Of a stretch of DNA of 64,000 nucleotides, positions 12,961 through 26,908 are shown piece after piece. Position 1 is the first letter of the stretch. Every line of letters begins with the position of its first letter. A model generated the notes under the pieces. That model saw only the letters and a list, made by a program, of their open reading frames with translations, was not told the DNA's origin and ran no database searches. The stretch comes from Octopus vulgaris. Its lineage: Eukaryota. The stretch covers positions 167,772,001-167,836,000 of the forward strand of contig OX597815.1 in NCBI GenBank assembly GCA_951406725.2, read 5' to 3'. A program made the position numbers and the translations under genes.

Positions 12961-14137
12961 GTAACATCTGCTTAAAGTTGTTTGTTAATAAATGGCAATA
13001 AGCTGTTACTGGATCGACTCTGTAGTTTTGAGTTTTAGTTGGATATTTACAACATTCCTATTGCTACCGGGATAGAGAACGAGCTAATGGTTACTCAACT
13101 TGTTAGAAACAGCAGCTAAATCACACATAAGCTTGTCTCTCCTTTTCATATAAAAGGATGAGCGTTCATTAGTGCACTCTTAAATGAAATATATTTGAAA
13201 AAGAGATGATCACAAAATCCATTTCCATGCGCTCTACTGACACAGATATCTTCGCTATCCGTTACAAAGTAAGTTATTACGAGTCAAAGCATGAAGCAAC
13301 AACGTTGTCTTTCGACAGGCTAGATAGAGTAGTAAAGACAGAAGCATCCCATAATCGTTATTATTGTAATTGAAAAATACAGAACACGTCTTAATATGCA
13401 CGCATAACCAACTTTTATCTTTTTACATATTTCAATCCACGACTACATCACTGTACATAAATCCCCTCACTAAACAAGTTTTTTTAAACTTGTTTTTGTC
13501 TGTACATATATATTACCCTCCCATTACCGAAAGCTGAACAGTTATCTCCCTTACCCACAACAATAACAATAATAACAATAACCAATAACCTCCCCTTATT
13601 TTTCTACTTGTGAAGTCATTCACTCGTAAGTATCATCACGCACAACATGTACAAATTTTCTTCTTAAGAAAACATACATATTCAAATAAGTAAAACATTA
13701 TATCATGAATAGCGATAGCGAAACCGGTCGATATATTAAAAATTATATTGAAACTATATATACGTACTATGCACGCACATAACATCTGGCGCATGCTTAT
13801 AGCAGTTAGTTGTAACAGGCGAAGGAAACAGAAGGAAAAAGAAAATAAAAGACAGAGAAACAGAGAACTAGCGAGAGAAAGGGGAAAAACAGATAGGGAC
13901 AGAGAGTACTACATTATGACGCTCGAAAGTAACCAAAAACGTTTGGATACTACATATAGCTTGCGCAACGAACACGTAAAATTACATCTATATCTACATA
14001 AGCATAAATATACATACAAATATACACAAATATGGATACGCAAACAAACATACAAAAATATGCATGCAAATACATGCTCAGATATATAAAAGTATACACA
14101 CATATACATAACTACAATACATACATAATAAAGTGTA

Positions 14138-14223
<86 letters not shown>

Positions 14224-14308
14224 TATATACAAAAACATAATAACATTCAGACAGACATAGTTTAATGTGTATATTGGTAAATGGGTTTAGTAGGATATAT
14301 ATATATTT

Positions 14309-14353
<45 letters not shown>

Positions 14354-14382
14354 ATGTATATATTTATATGTGTATATATATA

Positions 14383-14459
<77 letters not shown>

Positions 14460-14897
14460 TATGCAATCCATGATACTCAGTAATGCGAGAATGATTTGCG
14501 ACATTTAAAAGGGAGTAGCTGGATAGCTAGATAGATAGATACCTAGCTAGAGAGATAGATACCAAGCTTGATAGGTAAGTATTTGTACAAATATATCCGT
14601 GTGTACATATAAAGATATGTATATATATTTTAGCGTTTCACATGAACGTATTTCCGGTTGAAACTGATTTACGTCATTTGCAGTGGTATTTGAGACATTT
14701 GTGAAAGGCATAAATTCATGCAAGCTCATTACTTACTCCCCCACTCTGCACTTGTGTGTGTGTATGTGTGTGTTTGTGTGTGCGTGTGTATAATTATGTG
14801 GTAATGCTTCAACAAGTAACAAAGCACTCGATCAGCTAAGAGAGTAAATATTGTATATGTATGTATAAATGTATGCATGTATGTATATAAATATACA

Positions 14898-15062
14898 GGC
14901 GCAGGAGTGGCTGTGTGGTAAGTAGCTTGCTTACCAACCACATGGTTCCGGGTTCAGTCCCACTGCGTGGCATCTAGGGCAAGTGTCTTCTGCTATAGCC
15001 TCGGGCCGACCAATGCCTTGTGAGTGGATTTGGTAGACGGAAACTGAAAGAAGCCTGTCGTA

Positions 15063-15131
<69 letters not shown>

Positions 15132-15339
15132 TTGTGTGTCGGTGTTTGTCCCCCTAGCGTTGCTTGACAACCGATGCTGGTGTGTTTACGTCCCCGTCAC
15201 TTAGCGGTTCGGCAAAAAGAGACCGACAGAATAAGTACTGGGCTTACAAAGAATAAGTCCCGGGGTCGATTTGCTCGACTAAAGGCGGTGCTCCAGCATG
15301 GCCGCAGTCAAATGACTGAAACAATTAAAAGAGTAAAAG
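14898..15339 (+). mobile_element. SINE family A, full length
   Basis: GGCGCAGGAGTGGCTGTGTGGTAAG head, B box, internal (TA)n(TG)n, tail AAAAGAGTAAAAG. Confidence 0.93.
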
Positions 15340-15351
15340 TGTATATATATA

Positions 15352-15423
<72 letters not shown>

Positions 15424-15678
15424 TATGTATATGCATGTATATGTATGTGTATACATACACACACACACACACATACACATATATATATATATATATATAT
15501 CACTGACGTAGGCCTCTTTATGGCGTGAAACCCATGGTAACCCTATTTCACCAGTGCTAAATATAGACTGCTCTACTTCTTAGAGTGTGCTTCTCCGTTT
15601 TTATGTTTTCTACAGAAAAAACGATATATACATATATATATAATGTCGGCACACATACACATAACGTATGTATGCTTT

Positions 15679-15753
<75 letters not shown>

Positions 15754-16654
15754 GCACACGGGTATGTATACATATAGATACTATATTCATATTTGCACAC
15801 ACACACACACACATGTGACACACACTGTCAATGTAGTGTAGGTGTTCATGGGTGAATGTATTAACACCCAGAACGTTTATTTCTTTATTGTTTCGTAGGT
15901 ATATGTTCATATTTACCCAATAATCTGGTTTCTTTCATTTGTAAAACAAGCCCTGTGTACGCCTATATATAAATCTTTGCACGTATAATTGTAGATATAA
16001 CTGTATGTGTGCGTAGTTTCATGTATATGTACATATTAGTGTCGAATATAGTTGCATATGTTTGTATTTCTAGGATTATGAAAATATTCACTATAGGTAA
16101 AGAGAAGGAAAATTGTACATTTTTTGTTTTCTGTTCTATTTTATAGAATGGAATGTTAGCTTACAGTTCGTATAACATTTTAATTAAAATGTAGTAGCTA
16201 TCTACACGATAGTCGAATGTCATATAGTATTCTGTTATGTTAATTTTTGCTTATATCCGTGTCGAAATATTAAAGATTATATAGAAGCATTGAAAACTAT
16301 ATGTGCAGGTGTTGTCACGCATTAGTTTCACTCAATATATTTTCTTCATGTCCTTTAATTACATCATATACATATTTGTGTGTATGTCTCAGTTATCGTC
16401 TTTGTCTTCATCGTTCTTTATCATTCTCATTTTCACCCATTCAGTCACATTCATATACAATCATGCATACAAACACACCGCATATACACACATGAAGGAA
16501 GATGAGAAAAAGAGAAGTGAGTGCGAACTGAAGAAATGAGTGCAATTAAGTTTATCTAAAAGAACAGAAAAACTTTTACGAAATATAATTGAATGCCCTC
16601 GTGTTTCCGAGTTCAAATCTAAATCCAATCGAATTAAATACTTTTTAGTAGAAA

Positions 16655-17045
16655 CGAGCAAAACGCCCCGACCCCCCGTCCAGTGGACGGTGCTGAGTTG
16701 TCAAACATTTAAACCAAATTTTCTCAAAACAACTTGTCCGACCGTCCCATTTTGTGGCATTATTTCAAGCCAGCCGGCTTTTTTTTTTTTTTGCGCAAAC
16801 TGCACGTGCATTTTTCTCGCGTACGCGTAGTATCGATCGCAACAGCTGATGTACTTGTGTGTACAAATGCACGTTCGCACGGCTTTATCGATCGCATTCT
16901 CACCTGGAATAGATTTTTGTAATTTTTTCACGCCCTGATACCGTCGGTATCTACATATCAAATTTGAGCGCAACCGGATGGAGGATGCCCGAGGTCCTAG
17001 AAGACACACACACAGATAGACAGAACGGATTTTATATAATAATTA
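16655..17045 (-). mobile_element. Probable non-autonomous Helitron
   Basis: Minus strand starts ATTATATAAAA followed by CTGT/GT microsatellite; GC-rich hairpin CCGTCCA-C-TGGACGG (16676-16690) shortly before a CTCG(T) end resembling CTAG(T). Confidence 0.5.
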
Positions 17046-17062
17046 ATTATAAATAACGATAT

Positions 17063-17276
17063 ACTCTTTTACTCCTTTACTTGTTTCAGTAATTTGACTG
17101 CGGCCATGCTGGAGCACCGCCTTTAGTCGAGCAAATCGACCCCGGAACTTATTCTTTGTAAGCCCAGTACTTATTCTATCGGTCTCTTTTGCCGAACCGC
17201 TAAGTGACGGGGACGTGAACACACCAGCATCGGTTGTCAAGCAATGCTAGGGGGACAAACACAGACACACAAACAT

Positions 17277-17309
<33 letters not shown>

Positions 17310-17465
17310 CATATATACGACAGGCTTCTTTCAGTTTCCGTCTACCAAATCCACTCACAAGGCATTGGTCGGCCCGGGGCTATAGCAGAAGACACTTGCC
17401 CAAGATGCCACGCAGTGGGACTGAACCCGGAACCATGTGATTGGTTAGCAAGCTACTTACCACAC
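17063..17465 (-). mobile_element. SINE family A
   Basis: Highly similar reverse complement of 14898-15339. Confidence 0.92.
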
Positions 17466-18654
17466 TTGAAAATGCCTTCTTACACTACTTCATATATGTG
17501 TGTGTATGTTTATGTGTGCGTGTAGATACATGCATGTGTATGTGTTTATGTGTGTGCGTCTCTGGAGCATCCGAGAATAAATTTTTACGATCACGTTCAT
17601 TCCTGCTAGAATCAACATATAAAAATCACAAGCTTGTCCAACGATATTTGGGCTTGGAAAGAAACAAAACCGATCACTTTCAAAATGAATTGATCCTTAC
17701 TTGATTATGCACCATGTACATTATACAAACCTTTTATGCTAATCTACATTGCTATTTGTGTTTCAAAATTAATACGACCCAATGAAAGATGCCAAATTTT
17801 GAGATCTGTTTTTGCATCTGAACAATTAGATTGTAACAATGCACCACCAAAAGAATAATTATCAAGAACATGCAGAATATTTTTGATATTCTCCACCTCA
17901 TCCGGATCTTGTGTTTAAATGGTGCTAATGTCAACATAGTTTTTCATTCGTTAGCGTTTTATACAATAAAGTATTAGTCAAGTACTGTATTCTAATCTCA
18001 TAATTTCTGTGCTTGTTTCCAAATCTATTTTAGTGTTTCGTATATTTGGTTTTTGGCAGTGACTGTGCAATGTCAGTTGGTTATAATTTTTATGTATTGT
18101 TGGCTTGTAATTGAGTTTTGGATGTTATGTGTGATGTGTTTTAGTGTCGGTAGACGATGGTATGAAATATACGCTGCGTAGATTAACTAGTTTGTTTTAT
18201 ATTACTGAGTAGCAATTTTATACGATACGAACAGGAAGACTTATAGCTATCAGAGTTCCAAGTGTTTATCATACAAGAGTATATTTTATGTTATTTTATC
18301 GGATGTGGCTCAGTGGAGAATGTATTGTGTGGGTAGTATTATGTTGTTTGCTGATGATTCTGTAGACTATTAGTTTATGGGCGGTAATTATATAAGTTGT
18401 GTTTAGTTTATATAGTGTACTTTATAAGTTGTGCTATTGAATTCAAAATGTGTTGCGTAGGCTGTGGGCTGTGCATAACAGGCTACTTTAACATCACTTA
18501 TTATTGGTTCTGGTTTTACTTTTATAACCCATATCCTGCTTCAAGATCGTTGTGTTTTGATAGTTTCTCCACTTCTTCCGGTTGGCGCTTCAATCAAAAA
18601 CCATCGACATGTTTAACAGAGTCTCAAGTATTTGTTCCAGTTCTTGATTGTTAT

Positions 18655-19077
18655 ACTCTTTTTTACTCTTTTACTTGTTTCAATCATTTGACTGTGGCCA
18701 TGCTGGAGCACCGCCTTTAGTCGAGCAAATCGACCCCGGGACTTATTCTTTGTAAGCCCAGTACTTATTCTATCAGTCTCTTTTGCCGAAACGCTAAGTG
18801 ACGGGGACGTAAACACACCAGCATCGGTTGTCAAGCAATGCTAGGAGGACAAACACAGACACACAAACATATACACACACATACATATATATATATATTT
18901 ATATATATACATATATACGACAGGCTTCTTTCAGTTTCCGTCTACCAAATCCACTCACATGGCATTGGTCGACCCGGGGCTATAGCAGAAGACACTTGCC
19001 CAAGATGCCGCGCAGTGGGAACTGAACCCGGAACCATGTGGTTGGTAAGCAAGCTACTTACCACACAGCCACTCCTT
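18655..19077 (-). mobile_element. SINE family A, full length
   Basis: Highly similar to 17063-17465. Confidence 0.92.
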
Positions 19078-19386
19078 ATGTCGGCAAGTTTTTTTTTTTT
19101 TTTTTCAAATATTTCTCATTTGAATGGATGTGTTCCAGATGATTATGTTCAAATCGTTTTTATTTTTAAGAACATGTTTGGTAAATGTTTATACCATTAT
19201 ATATCCTTTTCCATGTTAAAATGCCATAGCAACTAACTCGACCGTGACCGTGATTACATTTGCATTTGACAATGATAAAACAGCCAGAAATAATGTAGTC
19301 AGTTGACTGTCTCATTTTACTATTTTCATAGTCTGAACTTCGTATTAGTTGCATTCTCATCAATTTATTTTTATATTTTGTGGTTA

Positions 19387-19389
19387 GTC

Positions 19390-19470
<81 letters not shown>

Positions 19471-19485
19471 CGGAGGTGGGGGTGA

Positions 19486-19518
<33 letters not shown>

Positions 19519-19613
19519 CGGCGGTGGGGTGGTGGTGGTGGTGGTGGTGGTATTATTATTATTATTATTAGTAGTAGTAGTAGTAGTAGTAGTAGTAGCG
19601 GAGGTGGGGGTGA

Positions 19614-19647
<34 letters not shown>

Positions 19648-19720
19648 TGTAGTAGTAGCGGCGGTGGGGTGGTGGTGGTGGTGGTGGTGGTGGTATTATT
19701 ATTATTATTATTATTATTAT

Positions 19721-19762
<42 letters not shown>
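19387..19762. repeat. Compound (GTA)n/(GTG)n/(TAT)n microsatellite with a ~130 bp higher-order duplication
   Basis: Block GCGGAGGTGGGGGTGATGG...GCGGCGGTGGGG...(TAT)n occurs twice (from about 19470 and 19598). Confidence 0.9.
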
Positions 19763-19763
<1 letters not shown>

Positions 19764-20122
19764 TTTTCATTCTATTGTGCTTTGCCTGCATTTTACCTAC
19801 GGCATTCAAATTCTTAAGGCGTGCTATTTCTCTTTCTTTTCTTTTTCCTTTCTTATCTTTTTTGTCATTACCAAGCATGCATTCTGCACCTGTCTCAAAG
19901 CTGTTTTAAAGAAGTGCGAATGCACTCAAAAGTTTCGAACACTACTCTAGCAACATCGTCGCTACAATAGAAGTAAATATAATGCGCTAAATGTTTATAT
20001 AGGAAAGCTCGTGGCTAGTTCATTTACCATAAAGAGAGAAAATTCACTTGCTTACAATTCTTCTGAGAGTGATATGCAAAGAAGGGTTTTGCTCTTAACT
20101 GCAATATTGCGAATGGGTAAAT

Positions 20123-20757
<635 letters not shown>

Positions 20758-20879
20758 GTGATGAGGGCTTGGTCAAGTTAGGGAAAGATACAAAGAACGC
20801 TTCGAAAAGGACAGGTGGACAAAAGGGTTTACGCCCTAATTTGAGGGAAATGGTGGGACGCATTAGATATGTTGTCATA

Positions 20880-21402
20880 CCGTAAATCCTCGAGTATAAT
20901 CCGCATTTTTTCCCCAAAATTTAAAGGTCAAAATCCCTACTGCGTACTATATACGAGGTCCAAAATGAAAATTATTTTCTAAGCAATGTCCGAGTCTCTA
21001 TTTGCTTTCCGGCAATGTTTATTCAGACGCATTTTGTGATGTCGGGCGCGAAAATACCTTAAGCTAAGCCTGAAAGCAATGAAGTCATAAAAGAATCATC
21101 TATAACTTGCAGTAAGCAACATTTATTAAAATAAAAGTATTCAGAACACAGAATAACATGTAGCAAAAACAATTTGCAAATATATTTACATTCCCATATA
21201 ACAGTTGAGAACATCACCATTATTGCATTGCGCATGCGCGGAAGTGTTTGTTCGACTAGCTACTGCTGGCTTAATTACGCACGACTCAAGTTAGAGAAGG
21301 TGTGCGTATTATACACAAGGTTTAGGTTTTTCAGAAGTACAGCCCCATAAAAAATCCCCTGCTTATTATACTCAAGGGCAGACTATACTCGAAGATTTAC
21401 GG
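20880..21402. mobile_element. pogo/Tc2-type MITE
   Basis: 25 bp TIRs CCGTAAATCCTCGAGTATAATCCGC / revcomp CCGTAAATCTTCGAGTATAGTCTGC (22/25 match), TA on both flanks, no ORF. Confidence 0.88.
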
Positions 21403-21853
21403 TAAATATGAACCGTCCGAGGTAAACACGAAATTGTCATGGGTGGAACGCATTTGGTCGCAGTTCGGCCAAGTTACTGATTCTCTAAGGCTAAACAACA
21501 ATATCAACCACAACAACAACAACAATAACTACAACAGCGACTATATCAGACAAATAACACTACGAACACAACCAACCGTCTGCAGCTCAATAGTATTCAT
21601 AACAGCAATATCCGAATGCATTATGCATTTGTAAATTTTATGCCTCAAAAACTCGGTTACATGAAACTCGAAATTAAAGCTTAATTTTAGTTTTAAAAAA
21701 AAGAAATGACTGGAATTTTTTAATTTACTTCATATTGGGGGAAGCGAGAGCAGTAAAGATTGCGAACGTGATCACAGAGAAGAATGCCTTAAATGCTTAT
21801 AAGTCTTTATCGCTTTTCTTTGTGGACTGTAAGAGAGTAATGTCTGTACGCAC

Positions 21854-21892
<39 letters not shown>

Positions 21893-21955
21893 CGTGTATA
21901 TGTATGTATATGTGTGTGTATATTATATACACATATGCATATATATATAGACACA

Positions 21956-22051
<96 letters not shown>

Positions 22052-22779
22052 AAGAATAAAGGAATTTTGTTAAATCGTCGTTCGACTCCATTCTTTCATT
22101 TATCTATATATATATATATATGAAAATATATGTGTATATACACATACACATATATATAAGTATATGTGTATAGTATATGCATATATGTAAGCTTCATAAA
22201 AGCAATTTCCTGTGTATTTTGTATGAACGCATTTAGAAACGAAGAGAAACAGGTAGAATCAAAACGAATATGGGAACTGCCTTTTCTTTTACACTAACCG
22301 TTAAATTATACGCCCAAACACACGCACAAACATTTATACACACACACACACAAAGTACATATGATTTAACAAAAGTAGATTCATTAATTGCTTGTGTGTG
22401 TCTGTGCATGTGTGTATGTGTGCGTGTGTGTGTGTACATACATATGTACGTATGTACATAGATACGTAGACATGCACATACATAAAGGAAAACGATGAGA
22501 ATTAGTAATAGATCGGAAGGTGGACGTTTATTGTGTGAGAAATATGGTTTGTGTTCTCATAATTGCCATCATACAGAGATCGCATTTAAACGGTCGGAAA
22601 TTAATTTAAAAGTCCACTTAGAAACATAAATACATACATACATACATACATACATACATACATACATACATACATACATACATACATACATACATACATA
22701 CATACATACATACATACATAGTCGCCATGACAAATCGTTAGCCACTACACACATTTTTTTCTCTCCTTGCTTTTTCTGT

Positions 22780-22821
22780 GTCCCTTTCTGTAGAAGAGCG
22801 TAGGCTCGAAACGTAAAAGAC
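22780..22821 (+). ncRNA. Minimal type I hammerhead motif, array copy 1
   Basis: GUCCCUUU CUGUAGAA GAGC-GUAG-GCUC GAAA CG UA AAAGAC; predicted cut after A22815. Confidence 0.75.
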
Positions 22822-23096
22822 TTTTTCTATTCCTGAGCGTTATACTAATACATCTGTGTTTTGTACACCACCTGTCTTCGTCTTTTGTTTTTTTTTTCGT
22901 AAACTTTCCCCATACATACATACACACACACATACATGCATGCATGCATACATACATACATACATACATACATACACACACACATACATACATACATACA
23001 TACATACATACATACATACATACATACATACATACATAGTCGCCATGATAAATCGTTAGCCACTACACACATTTTTTCTCTCCTTGCTTTTTCTGT

Positions 23097-23138
23097 GTCC
23101 CTTTCTGTAGAAGAGCGTAGGCTCGAAACGTAAAAGAC
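23097..23138 (+). ncRNA. Minimal type I hammerhead motif, array copy 2
   Basis: Identical to copy 1; predicted cut after A23132. Confidence 0.75.
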
Positions 23139-23412
23139 TTTTTCTATTCCTGAGCGTTATACTAATACATCTGTGTTTTGTACACCACCTGTCTTCGTCT
23201 TTTGTTTTTTTTTCGTAAACTTTCCCCATACACACACACATACATACATGCATGCATGCATACATATATACACACATACATACACACACACACACATACA
23301 TACATACATACATACATACATACATACATACATACATACATACATACATACATAGTCGCCATGATAGATCGTTAGCCACTACACACATTTTTTCTCTCCT
23401 TGTTTTATCTGT

Positions 23413-23454
23413 GTCCCTTTCTGTAGAAGAGCGTAGGCTCGAAACGTAAAAGAC
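23413..23454 (+). ncRNA. Minimal type I hammerhead motif, array copy 3
   Basis: Identical to copy 1; predicted cut after A23448. Confidence 0.75.
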
Positions 23455-23659
23455 TTTTTCTATTCCTGAGCGTTATACTAATACATCTGTGTGTTTTGTA
23501 CACCACCTGTCTTCGTCTTTTGTTTTTTTCGTAAACTCTACCCATACATACATACACACACACATACATACATGCATGCATACATACATACATACATACA
23601 TACATACATACATACATACATACATACATACATACATACATACATACATACAGGAGGAA

Positions 23660-23892
23660 GTTGCATGGTTTAATGGTTAGTGTGTTGCACTCAGGATCGC
23701 GAGTTCGTGGGCTCACGTCCCTCACTGAGAGATACATAATGCTCTTGAGCAAAACACTTCATCTCAGGTTGTTTTGCGATCACTTTGACACCTGGCGCGT
23801 AACATACCGTACACCTGTTCGTGTAATGTCGATGTGATGGAAGGAGTGTGTTTATGCGCACTGTGAACATTTGATCATTATAAACAAATCAA
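23660..23892 (+). mobile_element. tRNA-derived SINE, family D
   Basis: GCATGGTTTAATGGTTAG head, body CTTGAGCAAAACACTTCATCTCA, end TTTGATCA.TATAAACAAATCA; homologs at 24815 and 60035. Confidence 0.75.
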
Positions 23893-24814
23893 AGCGATGA
23901 CCCAGCATGGCCTCAGTCTAATGACTGAAACAAGTAAAAGATAAAAGATAACCCAGGATGTTCAGCAAGAAATTGCAGGACCACCTTTCTCGTATTTGAG
24001 AGAATACCTTTGCACTAGGGTTGTGAACGCGGAGACGAGTATGACCATCACTGACAAATTATCTTATCCTAGATGTTAAAGACAATGGCTGTCGTCAATA
24101 CTCGTACTGAATTTAAAGTCAATAACAATTTGCACAATATCATTAAGACACTTACCTACGAAGTCAATAAGTCCGGAAACAAGCAAGATCAAGATCTTCG
24201 ATTTTGCAAAAGGAGAAGTGTTATTTCAGATTTTCCTTTCCCTAAAGGGATGTCTAAACGATGCCTTGGGATCTCTCACTCTCTTCTGTTATTTCAGGTT
24301 ACTTTTAGTGTTATTAGTAATATGTAAACCGGAACAACCAATCCTATAGTCGGGTCGTCGGTGACTAAACCAGCAGCCTTATCAAACCTGTTCAGCAAGG
24401 ACGATGGTTTCGATGGACACTGCAGTACAAAAGACAAAATCTGTCATATGACAGATGAATCCAGCAGAATCCAACGGCCATCCTACATACAGATATACTT
24501 ACGTACATACAAATATACATACATATATGCACACATAAATTTGCGCGTGTATGTGTGTAGCATTGAGTTGAGAGATGATGATGAACAGATTGAGTGAGGT
24601 GCGAGATAATAGTAAGAACTCAGAGAATAGAACATGTGAACAAAAGAGATACATTCTGTAGTCTTGGCAATAACAGAGACATACTGCTTAATGTAGCACG
24701 GGATTAAAAAAATGCAAGGCACACCACATGCTTGCACCTGCATACATTTGATTTACAAAACCTGAATATTTATTCCGTGTGTGTGGGTGTGGGTGAGATA
24801 GAGAGAGAGAGAGG

Positions 24815-25108
24815 ACACATGGTTTAGTAGTTAGGGTGTTGCACTCACGATTTAGCGACCGGGATTTCAATTCCTAGAGCGGGTGGTGCGTTGTGTTCTT
24901 GAGCACAACACTTCATCTCACGATGCTCTGCGATGACTTGGACACTTCACACATGGTACACAATGCTTATTCAGGAAACGTCGATTTGAGGGCGAGAGTG
25001 AGCTAATGTATAACACATACATTTCATCACTATAAACAAATCATTTGTGTGGGTCGTTCGGCCAAACCTGAACGCTCATACGTCGTTTTCGACGGGAGAG
25101 TCTATCAT
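24815..25108 (+). mobile_element. tRNA-derived SINE, family D
   Basis: CATGGTTTAGTAGTTAGGG head, GGATTTCAATTCC B-box-like, shared body with 23660 and 60035. Confidence 0.78.
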
Positions 25109-26553
25109 ATATGTGTGTGTGTGAACATTATCGAGTGCTCCTATTCACTGTATGTGTTTTTCTTGTTTGCTGGTTAGCTGCTTATAGCGCTTGGAGGCGA
25201 CTCCCTCATAGCATTGGGTGTTAAAATTCTTGAAAGACATTGAAAGTCTTCAATCCCATTCAGGAGTGATAGATACCGTTATTTCTTCACTCTTACACAA
25301 ACATCGGAGCACGAAGCGCTCCTCGCGAACGTGCGTTCGTGAGATGGTTGTGATATATAAACAGTTTCGAATATGAACCGGAAAGCGAACTATCAACACG
25401 CAATGCGCATGTGCACACTGAATTCATAAAACGGAAGGGTAGAATAAAAATGCAATGCGCATGCCAACGTTAAACGGGAAAGGAGAATAAAACAAGTTAT
25501 ATGATGGTCTGCGCACTACATTTGACACAACTATCACAGAGCTTTGCTGCAATATTCTTGTTGTGGCTTATCAACATCACGTACCAGAATCGAACTGGGA
25601 ACAAAACGAATCGCCACTCTAGGACGATATACAAATTGTGTAAGAACAATTTGCTGGTATGTTAGCGTAATGCATACGTAAGATTGCATTCTGTTACGAA
25701 ATAAAAGCAGCGCTAGTGTTGTAAACATTATCGACCGCGCATATATGATGCATGTTTTTTGCTTGATCACCAGTTCATTGCATGATAGCGTTTTGGGGGC
25801 AACTAGTTTGATTGGTTGTCATATACATGTGAATTTGTGTGAGTGTGTGTGTTATGCATATGTGTATACATATGGATTAACTTACACTTATGCAGTGCAC
25901 GTGCATGTGAGGCTAGTACACAATTGTGTGAGCTTCATTACAGCTTATCAATGTGCGAGCGTGTTGTATTTATATATAGATGCATATATACATGTATGCA
26001 CGTATGTATCTATATCTATGCATGCATATATTTACGCAAGTATACGCATGGTGTATGTATGCATGTAAATATCTATATATGCATATGTGTGTGTTTATGT
26101 GTTTGTTTGTATGTACGTATATATGCATATATGTATGGATGTATGTGCACATGTACATATGCATGTCCAAGCATGTACGTATGTATGTGTGTATGTATGT
26201 ATGCATATCTGTATGTATGCGTGTATGTATGCATGCATATCTGTACGTATGTATGTATCTAAATGTTATATTACCAAGTGTCTTGTTTTGGTTTGATATG
26301 GTAACGAAGGAGTTAACCAGAAAATTCTTCTGTCTGACTGCTTTCTATGAATTTATCTTTCTCTAAAACATTTCGTCTTCTTTTCCTCTCTTTTTTCTGT
26401 TTTTGTCCTTGTTTCTTGTTTGGCTTTTTTTTTTGCTTCTCCCTCAAATATATCCTTTCCCCTTTTCATTGTTCATTCGTCTTATTTCTAATTTTCATCT
26501 ATCCATTTTCAAATCTCATTTCTTTTTTTTTTTTTTCTCAAAATAAATACATA

Positions 26554-26908
26554 GGCGCAGGCATAGTTGTGTGGCTAAGAAGCTCGTATTGCAAGTACGT
26601 TGTTTCGAGTTCAATATCACTGCTCGGCACTTTATGCAAATCTCTTCTACCATAGTATCCAGCTTACCAATACCTTGTGAGTGAATTTGGTAGATGATGA
26701 TGGTGTGTGTGTGTGTGTGTGTACGCGCGCCTTTGTGTTTGTCTCCTCCCCGCTTGACAAAAGAGTGTTGGATTTTTGCTTTTTGTTTGGTGTGTCCCCG
26801 TAACTAAGTGGTTTTGCAAGATTAGACTTAAAGTAAGTACCGGAAGCTATTTGTTCGACTAAACCCTTCAAGGTGGTGCCCCAGCATGACCACAGTAGAA
26901 GATAAAGA
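26554..26908 (+). mobile_element. SINE family A, old diverged copy
   Basis: GGCGCAGGCATAGTTGTGTGG head, internal (TG)n, tail GGTGGTGCCCCAGCATGACCACAG. Confidence 0.75.

Larger units (their letters stand above)
22631..23652 (+). mobile_element. Tandem array of three 316-318 bp hammerhead-containing units separated by (TACA)n (retrozyme-like / non-autonomous PLE)
   Basis: Units start GTCGCCATGA at 22721, 23039 and 23355; about 190 bp near-identical core plus microsatellite; one hammerhead per unit. Confidence 0.88.

Noticed and set aside
15502-15556. Hammerhead-like CUGACGU..GCC/GGC..GAAA CC-CAU-GG UA
   Set aside because: A9 is mutated and there is no stem I partner because the 5' side is microsatellite; possibly a truncated relic.
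18555-18599. Hammerhead-like motif on the minus strand (UUUUGA UUGAAGCG..GAAA C UA UCAAAA)
   Set aside because: Stem I is good but there are several core changes and helix III is too short, so it is not listed as a feature.
22631-23652. CRISPR-like repeat-spacer array
   Set aside because: Repeats are about 190 bp, spacers are microsatellite, there are no cas genes and the context is eukaryotic.
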